The notes under the pieces: model-generated
What the model was told of the DNA's origin: nothing
Database searches by the model: none
Seen by the model: only the letters and a program-made list of their open reading frames with translations
In this document: in pieces, positions 39,802 to 51,800 of the stretch
Layout of the letters: each line of letters starts with the position of its first letter
Numbering within the stretch: position 1 is the stretch's first letter
DNA from: an uncultured Treponema sp.
GTDB lineage: Bacteria > Spirochaetota > Spirochaetia > Treponematales > Treponemataceae
DNA: 64,000 bases
Assembly: GCA_946540605.1 (NCBI GenBank)
Contig: CAMNIU010000195.1
Location: 43-64,042 of the forward strand
Reading direction: 5' to 3'
Program-made: the position numbers and the translations under genes

Positions 39802-42800
39802 TTAATTATTTTCCTGTTTTGCTGTAATTACCGGCAATGCCAGTACGTTCTTTCCAACTTCGACTACAATCTTTTCGCCCTTAGAAACTTTTCGTTTGTA
39901 GACGTTCCAACCGTCGCGGTACCAGTCGCCCTGCATACCGAACTTCTTTTCTACTAAAGTCCAGCTGCCGTCTACAGCCATTTCAGGACCTGCAAACATG
40001 TAAAGGGTTACATTCTTTTTCGAGTAGAACTCTACGGTTCTCTTACCCTTTATATTCATGTCTGAACCAAGGTACTGAATGTAGTCACCACCTGTTACAT
40101 ACCATGGCAGTGTATGCAGGTATGCACGCTCCCAATAATGATATGGCCACTGTGTATAGTCTGCCGCATCATTTGCATAAATCTGGCTGTCGTATGAGAA
40201 TGGAGTTTTTACTTCATGCTTTTTACCATTCAATTCTGCAAAGGCCATGAAGTTTCCGATACCGTCTTCTTTCTGAACAACAAAGGTCTGTGTCATAAGT
40301 CCAGACTTTCTACCGCTCTGATCATATGCCTGCCAGCGGATTGTATGTCGGCCAGGTTCGAAAATCAGAAGTTCTTTTTCATAAACCTTTTCTGTTTCGT
40401 TGTCCACTGCATACTTGATGTAATCTACTCCAGAATAACTATCCTGTACTTCTAGCCGGATTATACTTAAGCCCTTATCGCTTCGTACATTAATTCCTGT
40501 TGTAGGATTATATTTATCCAGCTGAATAACTTCGGTACGTTCTACTTCCTTATTGCCGGCATTGTCTACAGCATACCAGGTAAGTTTATATGTTCCTTCT
40601 TTTGTAAACTCAAGAGGTTCATCATAAGTTTTTCCGTTCACAATGATTCTGTTTACTCCAGAACCACTGTCGTATGCTGTAAAGCGTACTGTTACATCAT
40701 TTTCATACCAACCTCGTGCATTCTTTACAGGAGTTATGAAGATGCTGCTTTCTGGCATTGTGATATCTGTTTTTATATAACTTGTTACAATATCACACTT
40801 CATTCCCTTTGAATCAAATGCGTAAGCTTCAATTAAATTGTCGCCTTCTACAGTTGTAAATGATTCTGTATAAGGCTTGAAGTCGCCTCCATTATGACGA
40901 TACCAGATGCTTTCTACATATGTTTCTTTATCATCTGCAGTAATTGTAGCTACAGGAAGTCTTGTATACCAATCATCAGTTCCGTCTGCTGGATTAGAAT
41001 ATGTTACTGTTACCACTGGTGCATTAGTATTGCTATTGCCTTCGTATGAACGCAGGATATTCTTATCTGCCACTAACAGTTTTCCGTTACACATTGCAAC
41101 TGCAGTAATGTCACCATTTACACTCCAGATTTCTTTTCCGCTGTAAACATTATTTATGCTGAGTTTTGTTGAATCAGCAATTACAAGTTTTTCATTTGCA
41201 AGTGCTGTGAATCTGCCTCCAGCATAAACATGCTTTACCTTAAGTGTATCGCGCTCATAAAGAACTGTAGCCTGATTATTTGAAACAGCTATTTCATCCG
41301 CAGAAACTGCAAGACTGCATTCTTTTTCATTTTTGATTATACCAGTCTGCTGTAATTCTAGTTCTGTAGAGAAGCTGTACAGCTTATTCTCTGTAAGTAT
41401 TACAAAGCCATCTGCATCTACACTTACGTTTAGGATTGCATCTTCTAATTCAAGGCTCTTATCACTTCCGTAAACTCCATAAATCTTATTTCCAGTGTAT
41501 ACATATAGAGCATCATTATTCCATACATAATTTGCATCTGTAAGGCTGAATGGAAGTTGTTCTACTAGAGTTCCGTTTACAGGATCTATGCTCATAGCAT
41601 TTTCTTCGAGCTGTGCAATAAGTACAGTTGAATTAGAGGTTATTTTACTTACATTTTCACGGCTCCACATTAAGAATCCTTTTTCAAGAGTTCTTGCTTC
41701 AAGAACATTATTCTTTGTAAGGCCGTAGAAGTAACGGTTTGTAATGAATCCTTTCTTATAGAAGATATCTGTTGAATCATAAAGCTGTTTTCCGTGTTCA
41801 CTAAAGATATACATTCTTCCAGATTCTGTAAGAACTACAACTTTACTTCCATTGCTGTAAATATTTGCAATACCTTCTTTAAGTTTTGCATTCCAGAATT
41901 CCTGACTAGTTGATGGAATATCACTTACAACACTGTTTGTATTTCCGCTGTTCTTTCCATTCATTGCCCAGATTTCATCCTTAACAATAAGGGTCAAATC
42001 TTTTTCGCAGTAACTTCCGTCAACCTTAGAAATTCTTACTGTGAAACTGTATTTACCGCTTACACTTGGTGTACCTTCAAGCATTCCTGTTGTGCTATTA
42101 AGTTTAATACCAAGAGGAAGACTGCCGCTACTGAGTTTCCAGATTACTTCTGCACCTTCTGTTTCTGCTTCAAGTTTATTTTCATATTTTACTCCAAGCA
42201 CAGCTTCTGTAAGTTTTTCTGTGATAATCTTCATATCACTAAGAACTGTTACTTTTACAGTTTTTGTAATATTAATATTGTTTCCCTCTGCATTTATTAC
42301 AATGTTGTATTCTCCAGGATTAGCATTTTCATTACATGTAACCTGCATTTCCACAAAGGCATTGGTTGAAACAATATCTTTAGACAAACTGATTGTTAAA
42401 GGAGCACCTGCTTCTGCTTCTGCCTTAAGTTTTATATTTGATGCATAACCGTTTATTGCGATATTTACAGTCTCAGTTTCACCACTTGATATTGTATATT
42501 TATCTTTTGGAATTCTAACTTTGAAACTGTACTCATAAACATTCTTAGTTATAACATCTGAGGTTCCGTTTTCGTTTTCAACATATATAGTAAGACTATC
42601 ACCTTCTAGATCTGCTGGAATTACGAAATCAATCTTCGAATCTGTATAAGAGTTTACAGCAAACTCTTTATCATTTAGGTAAAGCTTTCCTTTATCACCG
42701 AAACCATAACCGATAACAGAAGCTTCACAGCCTTTGTTCAATCTATATGGATTGAATGATGTAATTACAGGAAGAATCTTATCTGCTGTGACGTGTACTG

Positions 42801-45800
42801 TAAGCTCAAATGATTTTCCAGAAGAAGCCTTAATAACTATCTTATAGTCACCTTCTGTTGCATTCTGAGTATTTACCTTTATACAACCAGCTTCGTTCAT
42901 TGGAATTACAGGTAATTCAACACTAAGCTGTTCGCTGCAGTCTTCGACTGTAAAGTTTGCAGGCTCTTCATAACCATCAAATGGAGTTACGCTAAGATTG
43001 AAACTTCCTGTCTGACCTTTATTCAAGAACACTTCTGTTGTATAAAGATTTACATCATATGAAGGAATAATTACTCCAAGTTCATATTCTGCATACTCGC
43101 CTTTTTCATTCGATACACGAATCTTATGAGTACCACGTTCTGTTATTACTGGAAGCTTCAGAGTTCTACAATAAAGATTTTCATCTTCACTTGCTACTGT
43201 TATAAGTTCTTTATTTCCAAGATAGTATTTAACACCTGGTACAAATCCTTCACCATAGATTGTAATTTCATTCTCTTTAGTTCCATCTACAGTTGCAGGG
43301 TATACAGCTGTAATAACTGGACTTGGATTTTCTACAGTAATCTTTAATGTAAAGTTATCTTTATTTTCTGGATTATTATCATTTGCAACCTCACACTCCA
43401 CTGTATATTCGCCTTCTGCACATGTATCTGATGGTGTAATGAAGATTTTTAATTCGTTTCCATTCTTAGATACCTGTATATTCTTTTCAAATGATACTTC
43501 TACAGGAAGTTCTTCGTTAGCAGTAAGTTTATTATCTCCTTGAACAAGGCTTAGATATTCTTCAGTAGACATTGCGTTATAATCTCTTGCTGTTTCAAGT
43601 TTTTTAGCCTGTACATATGAAAGCTCATCTTTCCAGTTTTTATATGAAACATCAACTGTACATTCTGAAGTCATACCTTTTTTAGCAATAAGCTCTATAA
43701 CCTTATTCTTGATATAAACTTTATTGTTTTCAGAATTATTATCTCCAACTACATAACTTATATAATCTGTATAATCACTTTCGTTTCCATATTCATCATA
43801 TGCACACAGACTATATGAAACATTGCTTCCCGGCTGATAATTTGAAATATAAAGTTCTGTAATGTTACCAAGATTATCTTCAGATTCTTTACCATCTGTA
43901 ATTGTCTTAAGCTTGTAACCTGCAGCACGTGTACCATTTGTATTAGTCCAGAGAAGTTTCAGTTTGTTTTCTTCACTTTCTGTTACATATACATTTGCAG
44001 GAGCCTTTAATTTCAAACCGCTTCTGTCTATATTGTATTTTCCTGAAGCAATTCCAGCAGGTGAATACATATCATCATCTGTTACAACTCTTGCTGTAAT
44101 TACATATTCACCATCTGCAATATTATCTGTTGAAACATATCCTGCAAACTTACCTTCAGAATCTGATTTAAGATAACCAAGTTCTACTACAGGCGCATAT
44201 TCATCTGTACTTGCAAAAATGTAAACATTTCTATTCTTTTCAGAAGTGGTTCCACTTACATAAATAGAATCTGTAGCATTTAACAAACCACTAGAAGGTT
44301 CTTCAACAGTTACAGTAGGAATCTTTTCTACACCAAAAGCAGCAAGTTCATAAGTTCCTTCAGGCATGTTATCAACACTGATTGTCCATTCACCACCTTC
44401 TGGATTATCTATGTTAATAAGGAGTCCATTTTCAATATACTGGGTATTTATTCCAATATCTCCAGCCTTGTACTTTTTACCAGATGGTGAGTACACTGTA
44501 AATTCTGGATCTCCTTCAAGGTAACCTATTACAAATGAGGTTTTTACAGGTGCTTCTTCACTAGTTTCTGGAACAGCGTTATTTTGCTCTATACTATTTA
44601 AGGTTGGAGTAGCTGCACCTAAAGCTATAGAACGAGAACGAATAGAAGAACTTGTATTTATATTCTTAATTGTATTATTTCCACCAGGTATTACTACCTT
44701 ATAGATAGCTCCAGAAGTTACTATTGGAGAACTCAAATTGTTAACACTTGCAGAACGTGCAGACCTGTATGATTTTAAGTTTATTCCTTCAGGTCGACAT
44801 ATATCATAAGATGAAACACGTAAATCAAGTCCACCAGTTCCAACAAATGCACCAATTCTACCCCAATTGAATCCACAGAATTCAATATCTATATATCCAA
44901 GGAAGCCTCGTTTTCCATTTGTAAAGTCTCCAAACATTACTCCAAAGCCACCAAGCCATAAATCACATGGAGGAATACTTATAAGCCAACCGTCATAAAG
45001 TTCACCCTTTGGTAAACCAAATTTTGCTTCACCGGCACCTGAGAATTTAAGATTTCCATTCTGATCAAAAATGTAAAGCTCAATACTTCCACGAACAAAT
45101 TTGATATTTATGTTCATTCCAGTTGCAAAACAATTATTTGTAATAATTGCTGCAGCATCTGCTGATATGTTCAAAGTACCAGAAAGGATTGTTGCTTTAC
45201 CTTCAAGTACCCAGGTAATTTTTTCAATATCAATCCATGCATCAGCAGTCATTCTTGCCAATTTTCCGCCACTACCATCTTTTACAGTAAGTCCAAGCTG
45301 AACTCGAGGCCCTCTTTCACCAAAGAGTTTCTGATATTTTTCTGGAACTTCATCTGGGTAGCCGTATCCCAAACCACCACGAATACCACTTAAATATAAG
45401 CCTGTTGTTCCAAGTGGAATACCAGTTACAGCTTCAAAACTGAAGTATGCGTGCTTTAAGCCAATTGGATATATTTCACTAACTTCTGTAAAGCAAAGGG
45501 CTGCTTCAATTTCTCCGACATTTGGAAGGATGATTCCTCCGTGTCCAGAGATAAAGTATGTACCATCTTGCATTCTAAATTCTGCACCAATATTCTTAAA
45601 GCCGAATTCACCAAGTTTGAAGTCTGGTAATGTAAAGCCTGCACCACCGATACTTAATCCACTCTGAGCTGTTAATACAATATCATATATAGATACATTT
45701 GCTCCCGAAGCGTTAAAGAATTCTGGTAATTCAAGATATGCTCTAGAGAAGCCAATCTTAAATTCCTTAAAGTTGATTGTTGGTGCATCAAGAACTAATT

Positions 45801-48800
45801 TAAAGCCTGCAATTTCTGTCTTAAGAGATGGAACTTCAAATTCTCCATTGAAATCTCCATTTCTTGGATTAAAGGTTGCATTCTTTAAGGCAAATGATGA
45901 GCCACCCATTGAGCCAAAGTTAGCTGGAAGTGTGAGTCTACATTCTTCAAGACTTACCATAAACTCACTATTTGCAGAGAACTGGCCTACATAAAGTTTC
46001 TTTATATTTCCCTTAAATCCGGCAATTGTGACATCTAATGCTCCAAGTCCACCATTGAATGCTTTGATTTGTCCATTCCAGAGCATATCGATAGAAGCAT
46101 CAAATCTTACGCCTCCAAAATCTACAGATGGGAATTTCAAGCCTGCAGAAGCAGCTACACGGAAGCCTTCATTACTGAAGAACAACTGGTGTACACCTAC
46201 TTCAACACCACCAAGTATTTCAAATGAGATTCCATCATTTAAACCTGCATCAAATGCTACAAGCCCATTCTTTGTTGATACTTGGAGTTTATTGATTGCA
46301 AATGAAGATTTCTTTAATCCGTCAGGTACACTGCTGCTCTGTGAGAAGGCAAGTAAACCGCCTACATCAATAAGGAATTCATCTTTAACAGTTCCTTTAC
46401 TGAATACTACACTTCCTCCTGACAACTGGAGTTGTCCAAACAGAAGTGCATTAATATTTCTTGCTCCAATATCGATATCTTCAATTTCACCATACTGATT
46501 GATTACAAATTTACTGATTGCAATTTCAGTTCCCTTAAGTCCTTCCGGCAGGCTGTCTGGCAAGATTGCACGACCACCTACAGAGAACTGAAGTGCTGTT
46601 GCTCCATGTTTTTGAACACCAATATATACGCCGTTTACTTTCAGACCATCTGCTATAGAAATATCACCAAGTCTGAAGGCAGCATCAACACTCTTTAATT
46701 CATCTGCTGTAAATACAAGACTTGCACTTGTTGTACTTCCACCAATACCCTGAATAAACTTATCTTCAGGCAGTAAGAGAGTTGTAGCTACAGAATATTC
46801 AATTTCTTCATTCTTATACTCTGCACCAAGATGTACATCTCTTAATTCAATACTGCCGATTGCTGTTTTTGCAAGATTATATTCAGCACCGAATGTCTTT
46901 ACCTGACCATTGAGTGCAATTTCAAACTTATTAAGACGAACTTCTGTTCCACAGATTCCTTCTGGAAGTGAATCTGGCAAAATAAGTCCACCAGAAAGTG
47001 TTACACTTCCTTCATCTTTTTCACCATTATAGAAGAAGGCAACATAAACATCATTAAGCTGAGTTCCGCCTAAGTTTGGATCAAAGTTTATTTCCTTAAC
47101 TTCACGTGTCCATACATCATTTACTTTTCTTGAAAGATAAGCATCAAGTTCAGTAATACATGGACGGCTTGCATCAATAGTAAAGTTTTCTATACGAAGG
47201 GCAACTCCACCTTTTCCATTTGCATCAAGAAGGAATGGTGGAGCTTTATCGGTAAATTCCAAAGCACCTGAAACACTCAGATACAGACTATTGCTGCCAT
47301 CCTCTTTTCTGACCGCTACTGCACCATCTTTTAATTCTACTACTTCAATGCTTGGTGCAATTTTTCCGTCGAGACCATTAAGCTGAATATCAATATTACC
47401 AATATTGCCATCAGACTTAATTTCGAACTGTTTTAATTCTACAGATTTACCTTTGATGAAATCTGGTAATTCATCTCCTCCAAAATATGCATTTCCGGTA
47501 AATCCAAGAGTCATTGCTTTTGTAATAGAAACTGATGTCAAATTAAATGTAATTCCACTTAATGTTGTGCTTAATCTTGTATCAGCTCTTATTGTATCAA
47601 AATCAAATTCTCCTTTTAGAGGATTAAATGCTACATCTGTTATAGAGATATTATCAATACAATATGTTGATGGAAGTATGAGTGATGCTTTTTCCATCAT
47701 AATCCATGGAGATTCATTTTTATAAGCAACTCCAACAGATGTTACTGCTAGAGCAAATGAATCAAGGAATGGTATTGTATATTTTCCTTCAAGTCTTGCA
47801 TCGAATGATTTTACTTTTCCATCAAGACCTATAGAGAAATCTCTGATTACAACTGTTCGTCCAGATAATATTCCAGGTAAAGTTTCTGGGAGTCGGATTG
47901 TTCCCTTAAAGTCAATTTTATCTTTATCGATAGAAAGCTTTGAAATAGCAAAAGTCATATTCCACAAACGGAATGGAGATGTTACACAACCTTTAAGTTC
48001 AACTCCTTTATTTGTGATTGCGAGACCTTTTAATTCTATAGAAAGATTCTCAAGTTCTGGAACATTGATAGATGCATAGCCAATACTCAAACCTTTCTTT
48101 GAAAGTGAAATATAATCAAAATTGAATGTTATATTTCCAAGTGGAATTTCTGCGTGAGAGATAATAGTTTCAGATTCAAATGTTCCATCCGAATGCAGGC
48201 AAACTGAATTATAAGCCAAAATTGAATTATTGAAATTTTCAGGCAATGCAATATTTACAGTTGCGAAAAGACCTTCTTCTGAGAATCGAGTTTCGGTTAT
48301 TACTGACTGATCTGAAATAATAGAAATATTAGTATTCTGTGGAGCAATATTTTCTCCAAGAAGAGTTCCATCCATTGAGAAGAGTAAATCGCCTACTTCG
48401 ATTTCTGTTCCATTGAAGGTAACTATGTTAGAAACGATTTCTATATAGTTCTTCTTGAACTGAACGCCATGTCCTTTTATATTCCATCCTTTGTAAGTAT
48501 AGTTATAATCAATATCCGCATAATCACTAGTTACCTTCATTGTAGGTAAAAGAGTGAGGGTAATATCACTTGAGTTGTATTTTGTAAATGTGCCAGGTTT
48601 TCCACTACCCTTTAGGATGAACTTATCGCCATCAAAACTTGTTTCTACAATATCCATTTCACAGCCGTTTGAAGTTGTAAATGAATATTTATTTTTTGAT
48701 GTATCGATTCTTAAATTACCTTCTGAATCAATATAAGAATTTGTTAACTGAATTGATTGATTTTCACCGGTAATAAGTTTTGGCTTTGAAGATACTATTT

Positions 48801-51800
48801 CAAGTTTATTATTCTGGCTATTCTGATTTATGCTTGCATTAGAAATCTCAAAATAATAATCATTCTTAATTATATATGAGTCTTCTGCAATTACTTTTCC
48901 TGTACTGAAACTTCCATCTGCATTTACTGTAAATGATTCAAATGCAATTTCGAGTTCATAATCTTCAGCTTCATTCTTTACAGAAGCTTTACCTGTAAGG
49001 CCTCCATTGGCAAGTGAAATTGTATCAAATATTACATTCCAGCCGTCGAGCGAATAAACTTCATTCTGACTTGTTTCTCCTCCTGAAACAATGGCATTTG
49101 AGTTTAAGATAATATTAGATATATTGAGTTTAGTATCTTTAAATCCGTTTGCATTTGTAATAATTCCACTTTCTACAACAATTTCTTTTCCATTAAATGT
49201 TGTTTTCTTTGCAAGAATATCATAACCATTAATTTGAGTGATGTATTCATCTGCTGTAGTAACGCTTACAGTTCCTGAAGCTTTTAAAAGAACATGCTTT
49301 AACTTCCATGCATCAGAAGCTCCATATACTGGAACTATTAATTCTTTTGCAAATACACCTTCAGAATCAATTTCAATATCGATTATATTGCAAGCTGTTG
49401 AGTACTCAGCATTGATAGAACCATTTCCTTTTGCAAAGCCTGCTTTATATACACTGTCTTTTGCAGTTGTTGTAACTCCAAGATCTTCGATATTGTATTT
49501 TTTACCGTAAACTTCAATTTCACCTTCTTTAATAAGGAGCTTGTCTTTTGAATAAATTGCCTTTGTTACATTTACATTATAACCGTAAAGAACAAAATTG
49601 TATGATGCAACATTACAGCCTTTTTCAATATCAAGACCATCATTCTTTATTTCAAGATTTGTAACTTCAACAGCACCATATTCTGTTCCAATATTCAAAA
49701 CTCCGCTTACAAGAAGTTTTCCGTCTTTTCCTATTGTAACTATACCATTCTCAATTATTGTATTTCCATTTTCGGTTACAGTCAGGCTTTCGGCTTCAAA
49801 ATATTTACCCTTTGTTACTTCAAGTGTTTCATCATTTATTGCAAAATTCTTAATAACCAGTTTAGAAGGTGAATATCCTTCTGGAAGCTCAACTTCAGCC
49901 TCATAAATATTGATTATGTTACCGCTTATTCCAGCTTTCTTTACAATATACTTTACATCATTTAATACAAGCTCAAGATTTGTTCCGTCAATATCTGCAT
50001 ATACAGATTTGAATGAGGAATCTGTATATGTATTTGTAAGAGGAATTTCTTTTTCCTTATTACTTGTTACAATGTCAATATTCTTTGGTTCAAAGAATAA
50101 CTTATCATTCTTGTTCTTTAATTCGTATGATTCACCCGCAATTTCTACCAGATTTACATTCTGGATATCAAAACCATCTGTCTTTACTGTAACTGGAGTA
50201 GCAATTACATTTGAAATGGCCTTGATATAAAGGGCATTCGGATATCCAGCTTCAATTCTTTCAAAGAGTACTTTTTCTTTATTCTTTAATTTATTCTGTA
50301 CAGGAACTTCAACTGTTACATTTGTAAGAGAAAGTCCATTTTCTGATTCATAAACAAAGTTCTGGTTTTCAAAGATGAAATTTCCAATCTGAGTTTCATA
50401 TCTTAAAGTATCAGCAGAAGGTTCAAAGTCTGCAGTTGGAATTGAGTTATCAGATGCAATCAATGTGCCGTTTGCGATGCAAAGCTCACTTATTCTTTCT
50501 TTTACTTCAGTTTCATTAATAGACTTGATTTCGTATACCTTAATATTTTCTGGTAAAAGGAGTTTTCCATTTATAAGTTTGACTGAACCAGGTCTTTTTT
50601 CTTTTATACCGGTTATAATAATACCGTTTGAAAGCTCTTTATATTCAGATCTGATAACTTCCGGAACAACTGCATTTCCTACTGCAAAACATTTTTCCAG
50701 TGTTGCTGTATTTCCAGCCTTGTCATAACCTGTAACACTCAGAAAATATGCTGTATCATTTCGGAATGTAGATATTGTATATTCTTCCGCAAGTTTTCCG
50801 TCTTCTGCATTAAGCACAACTCTGTTGCTCTTCGCATTTTCTTCATCAAGTCTTGTATACTCAATTACAATTTGGTCACATTCTGACTGAGCATCTGTAA
50901 TCTTTCCCCAGATTATCTTTTTAGCAACAGGCTTGTCTGCTACATCTTCAACTGTGATTTCACCTTCAAATGCAGGTGCTTCAAAATCAAAATTAAATGA
51001 ACGGCTTGCTTCTACGCTGTTCTTTGCATAATCGTATGCTTTTACATGAACTTCAAGTATACCAGACTTGAGGTCTTTTGCTTTACACAGATTCTTTACA
51101 TTAATTACTGCTGAGGTATTCTTTGTATTTACATTATATAGTTTTTCCCCTGCTACAGCAATTTCAAGTTCATAATTTTCAACGCCTGTCAAATCTCTTG
51201 GAATGTTCCAAGAAACATTTGCAACATCATCATTGTAGAAATATGAATTGCTATAGTTTACCTGTGGATTTAATGAAATATATAATCCAGAAGGTGGTGT
51301 TGTATCTACTCTGAAAGCATAAATTGCAGCATCACTTTCTAAATCATTTCCACCAATACACCATACTTTAAGGAAATAGAATTCATTTTCTTCGTTGTCT
51401 GCAAGTTCCGCAAATTCTAGGATTTCCATTGATTTAGATTCAATAGTACCACTTAATACTACTCGTGTATTAGTGTCCGAAATGCCTTCTTCCAGAGAAT
51501 ATCTGTAGCCTTTTATTCCGGCGCCAGAGGTTCTTGTAGGCTTTAATACAAATGAAGCATTTGTATTAAGTTCTACCTCTTTTATATCATTTGCGAATTT
51601 ATGTGTGGTACTTGAGATGAGTGCTTTGCCAGGTTTTCCGGTATCCTTAATGATTGCCTTAATTAATGATTCACTATAGTTTCCGGCGATATCTTCTGCT
51701 TTTACATAAATGAAATTTATTCCGTTCTGCAATGCATTCTGTGTATTATTGAGAATGATTGTATTTTCTTTCTGAATCTTCCAGCTTTCAGGTTCAATGC

